From positions 1,820,695-1,871,878 of the forward strand of contig BFEA01000008.1 of the NCBI GenBank assembly GCA_003427395.1: 51,184 nt of DNA. Reading direction: 5' to 3'. Positions within the stretch are counted from its first letter, which is position 1. Each line of letters opens with the position of its first letter. A program made the translations under genes and the position numbers. This DNA is from Chara braunii (Eukaryota > Plantae > Charophyceae). This document shows, one piece after another, positions 23,594 through 36,456 of the stretch. The notes beneath the pieces are model-generated. The model had not been told where the DNA came from. It did no database searches and saw only the letters and a list, made by a program, of their open reading frames with translations.

Positions 23594-24301
23594 CACTCTA
23601 CTAATAACATTCTTATATTCATCATTTCCTCTCAACAAGAACTTCAAGGCTCTAAGTTGTTGGTGAAGAGATTTGGTTCGTTTATTGTCTAGGGCCCAAA
23701 TTGCTGATTTATACCAAATTGAGGCTAAGATTACATTATTAATCACCAAGGATCTGCCTATTATTGATGTGTGTTTATTCTTCCATAGCTCTGATTTGGT
23801 CTAGACACTTTGGAAGATAACATCATCATCAATTTTAGGTTTCTCTTCGGCAGACAACGAGATGCCTAAGACCCTTATTGGCTTGTCGAGGGGAAACCAT
23901 ATGATTCTAGGCATTTCTGGAGGTCTAACTCCCTTATGATATATCAACTATCCTACGGTTTTTTCCCCCCAATTTACCTTCATATCTGCTAATCTACAGA
24001 ATTTATTCATTTATCCTGTACCGCATACATATTCTTCTGTGATGCGTCAACCATCAAAGAAAGATCGTCTGCAAAAAGAGAGCACATGGGAATTGCGTCT
24101 TCCGGTATAGACGTTTCTTGAATTTTTCTAATATCCTTGTGTTGTTTCAGACTGATCGCTAAAACTTTCATTATAATTATGAAGACAGACGGTGCCAATG
24201 GGTCGCCCTGCCTGACATATCTCTGTAATTCTATTGGAGGTATCAAGCTGTCATTAACCATGACTCTTGTGATTGCATTTTGATACATGATATTAATCCA
24301 C

Positions 24302-24696
24302 CCTACATTGCATAGAGTACACGTATGGGGGCTTTCCGTACGAAACGCATAGGTAATTTATGTACGGGATTTGTACGGGAACCTGTACGGGAACTTGTAC
24401 GTCATGTACGCCTCTGTACGAAAAAGCAAAAAAAGCAAAAAAAAAAAAAAAAAAAAAAAAGTCGTCAAAAAAATCCGAAAACAAAAAATGTGATGCAACA
24501 ACACAAAACAAGCAACATTTGGTTGAGCATCATCTTCAGATTCTTATTATAATTTGAGAAAACAAATAAAAACAATATCGGATTAAAAAAAAAAAAAAAA
24601 AAAAACTCGTACGGAGTCCCTAGCGTACAAGTAGTGTACGAGTACAAGAGTACGAATCCGTACTCGTACGAGGGTGCGTACAAGTGGCAACGCAGG
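24302..24696. mobile_element. Non-autonomous DNA transposon with 6-bp TSD (ATCCAC)
   Basis: ATCCAC at 24296-24301 and 24697-24702; termini CCTACATTGC and GCAACGCAGG; many internal GTACG motifs near both ends; removal restores the LINE-C RT. Confidence 0.85.
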
Positions 24697-26729
24697 ATCC
24701 ACCTTCTGAAACACGGTCCGAAGTTCAGTTTCTCGAGACACTTGTCCAGGAAAAACCAATCCACATGATTATAAGCTTTTTCAAAGTCTATGAAGATAAA
24801 TGTTGCGCTATGTTTAGATTGGCGTGCAATTTTTATAATTTTATTTATGAGGAGGATATTATCCCGTATGTTGCGTCCTATGATGAACCCTGTTTGTGTT
24901 GGGTGAATGATGTCAACTATTACTTTGAGCATTCTGTCTGCTAATGCCTTTGCCACCAATTTATAAACCACTGTGAGGAGCGTGATAGGGCGATAATTAC
25001 AGATATTTAGTTTGACTCATTTTTTATATAAGAGTGTGAGAACCCCTTGATTAACTATTTCCCCCATATCCCCTGCCTCCCAGACCGCATGGTAATAGTC
25101 CATTACGTCTTGTGCGAGAGGACCCCACATGGATTCCCATAATTATTTTGGGAGGCCGTCAATTCCTGGTGTCTTTTCTTCTTCCATGAGGATTAGAGCC
25201 TTCCAAATTTCGTCCTTGGTTAATGACATTTCCAATTTCTCCTTTTGTGTTTTCGTGATTGATTTATTAAAGGTGATTAGGAATTCATCGATTTCTTTTT
25301 GTGCAAAAGGAATAATTTTTTTTTTTGAAGTGAAGAGGTCTTTATAAAAATTTCTATCTAGTTTCATACGGGTTGCTGTTGAGATGGCTAAAGGTTCATT
25401 ATTATTGAAAGCGTTGATTAAAACCTCTATCGTAGTCCTTCCGGTTCTAGCTCTGGCCATGGCGAAAAAACGAGCGTCCATATCACCTTCTATCTGATGT
25501 TTCTTTAGCTTGCCACATATTATGAATCCCTGCCATCTATATTCTATATAATTGAGTAAATGATCCTCTAATGTTTGAATCTCCTTTGCTATTGGCTCCG
25601 GGGTCTCTTGATCATCTGGGTTTATTTCTGTTTCTTGTAGTTCTTGATTTTTTTACAGGATTTTAATTTCTTTTTTATGTCTTAGCTTTGCCACGACCTT
25701 AGAGTACTCATTGCATTTACGACTTAGGAAGACTAGCCCGTTGTTGAACCACGTAATGTCATTGTCGATGTGAACTCTCTGTTTTCTCAATAATTCTCAT
25801 ACATCCTTGAGATATTGTAAAAAATTCTGGTCCTTGAGGTGTGAAGTATTAAGTTTATAAAACTCCTTACCTTGAGCAGGTTTCTTCCGGAAGGAGAAAA
25901 CCGTCATGCACATTGCATAATCAAGGCCTGAAAATGAACTTCTTGGTAAGATACATGCGAATTGGAGCCCTCCCTGAAGATCTTCATAGGCTAGAATAAG
26001 ATCAATCTGTGATTTAGTAGGTCTGTTTGAAGCCTTCTGGTGAAGCATGAAAATGACTTGGTGGTAGGGTTTAATCTCCTAAAGGAGTCAAACAGGTTAG
26101 CGGAATTGCACAATTTGGATATGATTTGTTCATCTCCTTCTATATAGGCCGGACACGGCGTGGGTATATTCCATCTATTCAAGTTACGATCTGGTGTTGC
26201 ATTGAAATCTTCTGCCATTATAACCGGGATGCCTACCGGAAGGCGGGGAAGTAATGATTCAAAGAACAACTGGCGTTCCCCTATGTCATTGGGTCCATAA
26301 ACATTCAGTATACCGACCACCTCCAATTCTAGCATCGCCAATACGTATATCCATCTTCCTTCCTGCTGGTCCGTTTCCCAGTTGAGTATTTCAACTTTAA
26401 AACCCAGTGGAATCCATATCGCTACACTTGCGCTCCCTGGTTTTGAAGCTTGAACCCGATACGCCGTGTCGGGTCAGAATTCTTTGTGAATGTGGTTGTG
26501 GGATGCTGTGTTCATTAAGTGCGTCTCTTGGATGCAGATCGCATCAGGTCACTCCTTGCCCCCTACCCCTTTGATAAGATCGAGTATGGCTTGGTGTTTG
26601 GAGTTCTTGGCAGACGCGATACCATTCGCATTAAGGGATCTGAGGTCCAAGTCAATGTTTCTTTTGAGGAGCTTCCAATTTTTGTCTTTGTTGTAGAGTA
26701 GGTCTATTAAGTTCACTTCCTCAGACTTA

Positions 26730-29700
26730 TTACCTATTGCATATTATTTCTTCCCAGGTTACAGTATCTAGAATCTCACCTTTCTTGAGGGAAACCTGTC
26801 GTACTAATATGAGAAGAAGGGTAATGACGTCCTCCTCCGTCCAGAACGGATTAGACTCGATTTTTAGAATTTGTAGGTCCTTAATTGCTTCTGCATTCAT
26901 CCATTTCAGAGAGGAAGTATCGGATACTCTGTACTTAACATATATGTCGCAATCTGCCACTCTCTCTGGAGATGATGACAATGTGGGGGAGGCCCAATCT
27001 CCTGTTGGGAATTGTTCCTTTATTATTTTGAGTACTTCAGATCTAACTATACTTGTGTAAGCTTCATGCAGAGTGATCTCCCCGTATTGAGATGGGACAA
27101 TCGCTGAGAGCCCTGCTTCCCACTCTCCATCTTTGAACCTTACCGGGAGGAAGACCGTTCTTGATTTACACAAGAGGGTCCGTTCAGCTGGCCGGGAAAG
27201 GCGTACTTTGAGCTTTTGTCTTTTACTGGTGGGATCAGACAATGTTGGAGTACTAACTAGTTGGAGCAATTTGGGGGACTGTGATGCTCGCTCCCCTTTT
27301 ATATCCTGTTTTTGTATGGTTACTGCGCTCTCAGTCTAATAATCTTGGGTGAGGTCTATTGCGTCGTCGTCTATCCTCGTGGAGTTGAGGGTCTCCCTGT
27401 CTGCTGTATCTACTTCTTCCTTGCCCTCTTTCCCAGTCCTCTGCGTAAGGTAGGAAGAGATGAGATCGTCCTCTTCTAACAGAGAGGATTTTCTACACTT
27501 TTGGTCTGCCTGAGTTATTCCTGTTTGGAGAATATTTTTTCCCCCTGTGATTTGAGAGAAAATTTCTACCAATTTTGCTTCTTGACGGGGCGGGCTCTGA
27601 CCGTTTTTCCTCAGAATCCCTCCCGTTGCAGGGAGTTCGTTTTGAAGACAGTGATCAAGGGAGCAGATGGAAGCTCTCCTGTCCAGGGACAAACAGTGGT
27701 CATGCGAGCAGATGGAAACTCTAATGTCCAGGGGGACGGGGATCTGTGGTAGAGAATCATGACAACACTGGTTTATCTCATTTGAATATGGTACCATCAT
27801 TTGGGCCGTCGTTATAACTATCTTCATATCCGAGGCCTTGATCTGATCCAATCCATTTTCCAGGTGAAGCTCTACTTTCTTGTGACCCTATAGCAGATCC
27901 TTCTGTTGTAGCCCCATCATCTGTAGGTCTTGATAGGGGGGATTGGAGGACTGTTGATCCAGTGCGATTGATTCTTGTGTGCTGTGTTGTAAATTAGAAG
28001 TGACCTCGATTGTTTCAGTTTTGTTTTTTTTTCTTTCCTTTTGTTTTGTTTTTCTGATCCTAAACTTTTCTTTGGAGTGAGAGCCAACTTCTTCAGCACA
28101 CTCTTGTAGTACCCTGTTCTATTCGGCTTCGCTAAGCGGTGATTCTGTATATTGCTCCTGAACCTCTTGAACCGCGTTTCCTTTTTTTGATCTGTGATTC
28201 TGAGTTTTGTATGATTGTCCTTTCTCCTCGCCAATTCTTTAATACGCCTGACCCCTTTGATAATCTTCAAGTTAGTGTCCATTTTGGAGTCTTGATCATG
28301 TTTGTACTTGCAACTGGCCTGAACCTGATTCAAGTCTCCTGCTTGTAGAGGGAGCCGTGCAAGTGACAGCTTCTCTGAAACCACGTAGAGGAGCTTGTCG
28401 CACGTCTCAGACCAATCGGAGTATGAAAGGAGACCAAATTATATTGTCGTTTTCAAACTATCTCTACTCATCAGGAGAGAGGAAATATGGACTTGAATCT
28501 GCGACCAGTCCAGACTCGAATTTGCTCACAATTTAAATTTCAAATTAGCTATGAGCCACATTACCATCCTGTGCAGGCTGGCCTGCAACTCTGTCAACGA
28601 ATCCACTCTCTCCCTTCCGACTCCCATTACAGCGAAAGGTGAGGGCGCTACCGGGGCGTTTTCCACTTCCATCAAATCAGGTGAAAACACATCCTTCAAC
28701 TGATCTATTTCCATGTCCTCTTTATCCTCCCTTTGTCCCAATGGCTCGCCAGAACTGTTGGCTTCGTTTGGAAAATGAGATGTAACCAATAAATATGGAA
28801 TCTACTTTCCCTGTTGGAAATATTGATCCATCTGTTGGACTGTACCCCCCTGTGACGATTGTTGTGTCTGTTGTGTTGCTGTGTTTGATGGATTCGTTGT
28901 TGTTGTTGTTGTGATTGTTGCTCTTGTGGTTGGGCAGGGGGTTGATCCTTGCTACTTTGTTCTGGTTTTCTTTTATTTCTTATTTACCTCCTTCCATTCC
29001 AGGTTACCCAATCGCACTCTCTTTTGTAAATATGCATCCGGAGACGGACCCATAGACTGTTGTGTCCCGCGGAAGTCTCTGTATTACTTCCTTCCTCCAT
29101 CTGTGTCAGTCTTTTCTGTTTTGATGGAGAGTGTTCCTTTTGCTGTGTGTGCTGGTTACCCTGAGATGGCTGGTTTTGCTGGTTTAGCTGGCTTTTCTGA
29201 TTCAACTGGTTTGGATGACCCTGCCTGCCCTGTTGGAAGTTTTGTTGTCCCTGGTTGCCATGATTCCCTTGCTTACCTTGATTACCGTGGGGTGGTTGAT
29301 GAGACTGGTGTTGAGGTTGGTGTTGCATGTGGTGCGGTGGCAACCAATCTGCAGGAGGGCGGGAAATTTTGCGATGATCACTTCTTCCTTCCCAGTACCA
29401 ACCTATCGGCATTCCCATGGAGTTGGACTCGTCACTATATACCCACCCCTCATGACCCGGTACCCCTGGTGTCCATCGATGTGGGCGCACAGGATCCTTA
29501 TTTAACCTTCGTTTCGTTATCATAGCATGTTGGCGGTGCAGGGGACATACAAATTATGTGCTTAAGTGTCCGTATCCTTTACATTAAAGCACCAGGGTCC
29601 GAATTTGTGGGCCGTATGGATTTGGTAGATCCTCTCACCCATCTTATATGGGATTATATCATCCAATGAGAATGGTTGTTCCTTTTGCTGATCAAGAGCA

Positions 29701-30815
29701 AGCATCATATAATTGTCCCTCTTTGTCACATGTGTTGGGAGCGGATCTATAAAATCAACTATTTTGAACTGCTGCCTGAAGTCATGCACAAAAGCTGCTT
29801 GAACTTCTATTGGAATATGCCTCAGCTCAAACCCAGTAGAAGTCTCTCATTAATTGGTCCTTTTTTTCTTTCGGACTAATTTTCTTTGACATTCATGGAT
29901 AAATTCTTACTTGTGAGGTACCCCAAAACAATTTTTTCCAGCTATCAATCATTTTTTTGTCATTCTTGAAAAGACAAAGAACTGTGAAAATTGTCAGGGA
30001 AATAGGTTGGATTCAAAAAAATTATGACACAGCTTCAGTGTTTCCCTTCATTTGCTCCAGTGTTTTACAAATCCATTTAATCTTGTCATATTGAGAATCT
30101 GTTTGCTCCCTCATTGTAGAAAATCCAATTGCTCGCGTGTTTCGTGAAGATCGCATCTCTCTGAGGTAATTTCTCTGCAGGGTAGGATTTCATTAGAGTT
30201 TTCCTTCCTCCTTGTTCTATCAGTTTCTGTTATGAAGGTAGGAGGAAAAGAGTGAGAAAGTAGGCCCTTGCTGAGGAGAGATTTCTAAGGGGGATCTTTA
30301 GTTCCTCTGTTGGAGCTCCTGGTGGATCTAAAGCTGGCCTGCTCACATTTAGCGTCTTATCCTGGAGTGTCGTCCTTACCCTTTGTGCCCATGTTTCCCC
30401 TGACAGTTTATTAGATTTCTCCGTTTTGTCCGCGTGCGCCCCTTGGTCCCTCCTGTTATGTTCCCGCCATCTTTCTTCCTCCGTAAGGATTTTTTCCTGA
30501 TCTTGCATTATCCGTGGGTGTTTCCTTCCCTGTTGATTTACCTGAGGATTGTTCTTCAGTGCCTTTTTGTGGTAAGTGAGACTGTGAGTTTTTATGATCT
30601 GAATGGGGAAAGTGAGAAAATCGTTGTTCTCCCTGCTGTGAGGAAGAGGACTCCCCCTTCTCGCTCTGGAATTGTTGCTGTTGGATTCCCTGCCCAGTGA
30701 GGGGTGGAAACTGGGATTGATGTTCACCTTGAGAATAGGACAACTACCTCGAATTTGATGAAGATGCCTGGGATAGCCATTTTGCAGCATTTCCCGATTT
30801 CCAAATGTTTCCATT
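26730..30815 (-). pseudogene. LINE-C ORF1 (unusually long, ~4 kb), frameshifted
   Basis: TWAQRV motif, frameshifted zinc knuckle (WCF..CKGYGH) at ~29550-29600, Trp-rich block, Q/N-rich linker, and a C-terminal domain shared with LINE-D. Confidence 0.8.
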
Positions 30816-31358
30816 TTGATTACTGATTGGCGTTGTATCGGGTAGGGTGAACTGGGTCTGGCATATGGAATCGTCCTCAACTGCCTGAACAAATTGTGTC
30901 ACATAGCCCCCTGGTAAAACAAGAGGGAATCCTGACCTTTAGCTCTCTTTAACGTCAGCTTAAGCATCTTGCGTACGCTGACTATCTACTGGAAGAACCC
31001 TGACGAGAAGAAAAAGACGGAGGGACTGAAACCGCTTTTTAGGGGGGGAGCGAACTGAGGAGAGTGGGTGAGGTGTGGGAAGGAGTGAAGTTGAGGCTCG
31101 TATTGAGGGAGAGACGTATGAGGGATGCTGGATGGGTTACCGGGAGGCAAGATTCTGATAGGGCAGGCGCGTCCACTGGGAATTAGGTGGGGGACAGGAG
31201 GGGGGGGGGGGGGGGTGTGTTGGGGTGGGGGGGTGGGGGGGGGGTTGCTAGTGCACGTGCATGTACGGAGCCGTTGCACAAGATTCAAAACCAGGCCCCA
31301 TTTGGGCCATCTGTATGAACACATTTTGCACAGGGCGCGCATAGTATTTAGCAGGAAA

Positions 31359-31563
31359 GGGGAAACTACGCGTGAGTCACAAAAATGAGGTATATAATTG
31401 CACTATGGGCCGAGATACAGTTTCGAATGGCAGTTCGGGCAATGTATACAACCCAGCTTTCTGGCCAGGTACGGTGGTCGAACTCCCGAAGTGCAATTGC
31501 AAACTGTATCTTGCCCCATGGTGCAATTATAACTCGTTGTTGTGACTCTACTGAAGTTACCCC
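31359..31563. mobile_element. Foldback MITE (~205 bp) with long imperfect TIRs
   Basis: GAGTCACAA..TATAATTGCACTATGGGCCGAGATACAGTTT is inverted at AAACTGTATCTTGCCCCATGGTGCAATTATA..TTGTGACTC; no clear TSD. Confidence 0.8.
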
Positions 31564-31681
31564 CCCCAAAAAAGGATGAGGCTCCTGCAGCTACTCTTTT
31601 ACATTTAAAAAAAAAAAAAAAAAAATCCCTCCAGTGCTAGCGATGCTGGTAAGAGCAAACACCGCTAGCATCTGGGGATAG

Positions 31682-31734
31682 GCTCCATCTATTGGTGGGG
31701 AGCAGCACCTACTGGAAAGCAGGTCCAGCGTCCC
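31682..31734. ncRNA. Structured repeat module, copy E, downstream of LINE-D ORF2
   Basis: GCTCCATCTATTGGTGGGGAGCAGCACCTACTGGAAAGCAGGTCCAGCGTCCC; CTGGA/TCCAG is a compensatory stem. Confidence 0.6.
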
Positions 31735-31894
31735 TCTTTTACAATATTAACATGAGATCAAGAACAGTCAGAGCTCTGAAAATCAGGACCTCTTCATCCA
31801 TTGCTGGACGCCGGATCTATCTCTATCAGCTAGTCCTGGTTTTCTCGAAAGAACATGTGGATCCTTACTACTACCAGGCCATAATCTGAGACTT

Positions 31895-34800
31895 TCATAT
31901 TTCATCATATCCAAACCAAGATCTCGGTACCATAGCTGATAGTGGAGGTGGAAAGGGATCGGGAAACTCAGCCATTGGGCGCATGGGTATGGATGGATCT
32001 ACCACTGTCCACTCCTCGAATATTATTCTGTAGTCTCTTCTTACCTCATGGTTGTTCCCTTCTGCGACCCCTTCCCATTTAACTTTCCCTATGCCCTCCC
32101 CCTGGTTGCCCCCAAGCCAGCATGTACTGAATTTCTCAATGTGTTTGTGAATTTCGTCTCTTGAGGATAGAAGTTGAAGTTTTTCTTTTACTTGTTCCCA
32201 TTTAGCAGTAATTCCTATTTGAACCGACATTTTAATAGTTTCAGTGAATTCAGGCCCATCTAGACGAGCCCCCTCCATTTCATACGTACATCTCCTCACC
32301 CAAATGGCCCATACTACAGCTCTTCTTCCCATGATGAAGAGATTTTGCGTGAATTCGTCATCCAGCTCGTCAGTCCAGGCTTCCAAAAGAATTGCTTTCC
32401 AATTCCATGGCCATCTAGTTTGCGGTAATAGCTGATCCCAGATTTTGTCTCACCACCTCCATAATCATATAGCTCCTGGGCATTGCATAAAGATATGCTC
32501 AATAGTCTCAGGAATCATCCTACTGGGGAATGCAGATTTGCAGAATTTACACCACCTGGAGGCTGTTCCTTTTTGTTCTAAGGAAGATCTTTCTATCAAC
32601 CAATCATTAGTGGGGAGACATCTGTGTTCAATCTGCCATTGAAGTGATGCCATCTTTGTCGGCTTGGATTTCATTATATTGAACCATTTGATTGATTTCA
32701 TTTCTTCTCTACTGAGGTTGAACTGTTTAATCCACCTGGCCGATACTTTATCTTTTAAATTAATTCTTGTTCTTAACATTCTGTATGTGGATTTTACAGT
32801 ACGGGTGTGTAAAGTGCGTTTATAATTTTTGTCAATTTTATTCTGTTTGCATGACGAGCTCCAGCTCCAGTTAGCTGGGTCTAATGCTAAACAAGAGATG
32901 GGAGTATCTGGTTCAAATGCCAGTCATTGTTCTTTGATTCTAATTACTCTAATTCTGAAAATTTGGTTAGCTTGGACCCATTGGATCTGACCCTGAGTTT
33001 TTGGTTGGAGAGTATTATTTTGTGAAAGATCATAGAGTTCCAGGAGTATATCTCCATTCTGGAATTTATCCAAAATATTACCAACTTTTTAAAGATAATC
33101 CTTAATTGTCACTTCGTCATTGATTTTGTGTTTGGGTCCCTTCTGAAGGATTCTGATCCAATCCAAGGGGATTAGCTCAATTATTCGCTATCTTTAATTC
33201 TTATTATCCCTCTTTTAACCCATCCTTTCCAGGGTGAGTCCATACAGTGGAGGACACACCTTTGAGAGTCTTTGATCCATCTGTTATTAAAGAGGGGTTG
33301 TTGACATACTTCTTCCCACCTTTCCGGGGGGATCTTGTCAGTTAATGGCAATTTTCTCCATGTCTTGATCAGAGTGATCTAGAAAGAATCATTGCATATA
33401 TCTTTTCTTGCTTCTAATCTGTCTGAAGGTGAGTCGTTATGTGCCTCTCTAATCTTTCCTTTTGGGAGGGGCCAATCACAAATTTCCAGCCACATCATGG
33501 GGTGAACACTTTCCACTGTTTCTGGTGCTAAACGTCTAATTTGTTTCCATGCCAATGCGGACCAGGGTGTTTGTGGATTGAAGAGTAGCCTTTTGATCCA
33601 TTGTATTGAGAGAGCCAAGGGTTGGGTAGCCGGATCAATTATCCCTAAACCACCTTTAATTCTAGGTTGGATAATAGATAGCCATGCTACTCTACTGATG
33701 ACATTCTTAAGCTCGTGATTACCTCTCCATAGAAAGACCGATAATTGTTGTTGGAAAACTTTTAAAGTTGATTTGTCCAGTGGCCATATGGCTGATTTAT
33801 ACTAGATGGAGGCTAAAATAACATTATCGATAGCCAAAGCACGTCCCAAAAGAGAAGAGTGTTTGTTTTTCCAGAGGTCAAACTTGATATGGGCTTGTTG
33901 AGTTACCCATTCATTGTTTGTGTTTTGTTTTCCCGTTCCAGATAGAGATATCCCTAGTACTCGAATAAGAGCGTCTATCGGGAACCACTTGACTTGAGGT
34001 TGTTCCGGGGGTCTGACACCTTAGTGATGGATCCACCATCCGAGTGTTTTGCTTCCCCAATTGACTCTCATATCAGATAATCTACAGAATTTATCCGTTA
34101 TTTTTTTGACTTCTCTCATGTTTTCTTCTGATGCATCTACCATAAGAGAGAGATCATCAGCAAATAGCGAGCACACCGGAATTGCCTCTTCCGGTATCGA
34201 TGAAATTTGAATACGCCTAATATCCTTGTGTTGTCGAAGGTTTGCTGCTAAGGCTTCCATAACAATCACAAAAAGGTAGGGGGCAATCGGGTCTCCTTGC
34301 CTGACTGATCTGTATAATGGTATAGGAGGCGCAACATTACCATTAACCATGATTCTAGTAGTAGCATTCTTATGCAGAATTTGAATCCATCTTCTGAAGC
34401 AAGGACTGAAGTTAAATTTTTCTAGACATTTATCTAGAAAGTACCAGTCAACATGGTCATATGCTTTCTCAAAGTCAATGAAGATATAGGCCGCATTATG
34501 TTTAGATTGACGAGTGATCCTGATCACTTCATTGACTAGAAGTATATTATCTTGTATATTTCTACCAGATATGAATCAAGTTTGGGATGGATGAATTATA
34601 TCAGAAATTATTTTGGACATTCTTTCAGCTAACGTCTTGGCTACTAATTTGTACACTACTGTAAGCAGTGTGATGGGACGCTAATTCCTAATATTGGTCT
34701 TATCCTTTTTTTTGTGTAGGAGGGTTAGTACTCCTTGTCCTACGATTTCTCCCATCTCTCCTGACTTCCAGACTGCCTGATAGTAATCCAGAAGGTCCTG

Positions 34801-36420
34801 AGACAAAACATTCCATAGGGATTCCCAAAATTCCTTAGGTAGTCCATCAATTCCTGGTATTTTCTCCTCCTCCATTAGTATCAGAGTTGTCCATATTTCT
34901 TCCTTGGTAAGTGTTTTTTTTAGGCTTTCCTTTTGTTCTTCTGTTAGTGACTTACTCAGCGGGAGTAGGAAGTCATTGACTTCCTCTTCTCGCTGATTCA
35001 GGGGAATATGTTCATTTTGGGAAGTAAATAAATCTTTAAAGAATTCTCGGGCACGCTTAGTACAGTCTGCCGTGGACGTGACTAATGGTGCATTTCAATC
35101 TAAGGGGTCAGCCAGTGCTTCGATAATCGTCCTTCTTACCCTTGCTTTAGCCATTGCGAAAAAGCGTGCATCCATAGAGTCTTTCATGTCATGATACCTG
35201 AGTTTGCCTCTAATTCTCATTCCTTGCCACCTATACTCCATAAGTGACAACAACTGTTTTTCCAGGTCTTGTAATTCATTGGCTATCGTTTCTAGAAACT
35301 CCTTGTCCTCGGACTCTGTTTCTAGATTTTGAAGTTCTTGGATTCTGTTAATAATTGTGTTTCTTTTGAGTGTCTCTGTGAAGCTAACATTTTAGAGTAT
35401 TCATTGCATTTACGGCCCAGGAAGTATAAACCGTTGTTGAACCATCTTACATCATCATTGATGAGACCCTTTTATTCTCTTCAGAATTGTCACACATCAC
35501 TAAGATAATTAACGAAGTTATTTATCTTGAGATGAGATCTGTTTAATTTGTAATAACCTCTGCCTTGATCAGGTTTCTTACGAAAAGAAAAAATAGCTAC
35601 ATGCATCGAATGGTCTAAACCAGGAAAAGGGCTTCTGGGGAAGATTTCTGCTACCTGTAGAGCCCCTTGTAACTCCTGGGCTACCAAAATTAGATCTATA
35701 CGAGATTTAGTAGTTTGTCCTGATTGACCCTTTCTGAAACATGTAAATGTTCTAGACGTGGGGCTAAGGACTATAAAAAAATCAACCAGATTTGAGGTGT
35801 GACATAAATTAGCAATAATTAGTTCGTCATTCTCGATGTAGGTAGGGCATGGGGAAGGGGTACCATCTATCCAGATGTCTGTCTGGGGCCGCATTGAAAT
35901 CACCTGCTATAATAACATGGATGCCTACTGGAAGGCGCGGGAGGATATTCGCAAAAAAAGTTTTCCGATCTCCAGCCTCATTTGGTCCGTATACACATAG
36001 CATGCTGACAATCTCAAGTTCTAGCATTGCTAGAACATATACCCATCTTCCTTGATCAGGATCTGCTTCCCAATAAACTACCTCTGCTCTGGAACCCGGG
36101 GGAATCCATATGGCCACTCCGACACTTCCAGGCTTGGAGGCATGAACTCGAAAAGATTGATGTGGCCACATCTCTTTGTGACGGAAGTTGTAAGCATCTG
36201 TGTTCATGAGATGAGTCTCTTGGATACAAATCACATCCAGCCATTCTCTACCATCAATACCTTTGATTTGTTCATATATAGCTTGTTTTTTTTTTTGCTT
36301 GGCTGAGGCCAATCCGTTTACATTAAGGGATCTTAGGTCTAAGTCTTCACTCCTTCTCTGAATATTCCATGTTTTATTCTTATTATATAGTGCTTCAATT
36401 ACTTTAATTCTAACCATCAT
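31895..36420 (-). pseudogene. LINE-D ORF2 (APE, RT, zf-RVT), same lineage as LINE-C
   Basis: LRSLNVNG, ICIQETH, VYGPN, AGDFN, RIDLIL, LDH, IDFEKAYDHV, VRQGDPIAP, LFADDL, CKFC..ETIEHIFMQCP. Confidence 0.95.
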
Positions 36421-36456
36421 ATTCCTCTTTGTGTTTCGTCTGTTGAATTATTCTAT

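Larger units (their letters stand above)
21127..26720 (-). pseudogene. LINE-C ORF2 (APE endonuclease, RT, zf-RVT), interrupted by two DNA-transposon insertions
   Basis: LRSLNANG, ICIQETH, NVYGPN, EDFN, KTPGIDGLPK, IDFEKAY, VRQGDPLAP, LFADDL, CKLC..ETIEHIFLECP. Confidence 0.95.
20983..31200 (-). mobile_element. LINE-C: near full-length (~10 kb with two insertions) L1/Tx1-like non-LTR retrotransposon
   Basis: C-rich 5' region, long ORF1, ORF2 with APE-RT-zf, short 3' UTR, and an A-run on the minus strand (T-run 20983-21015). 5' end approximate. Confidence 0.9.
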
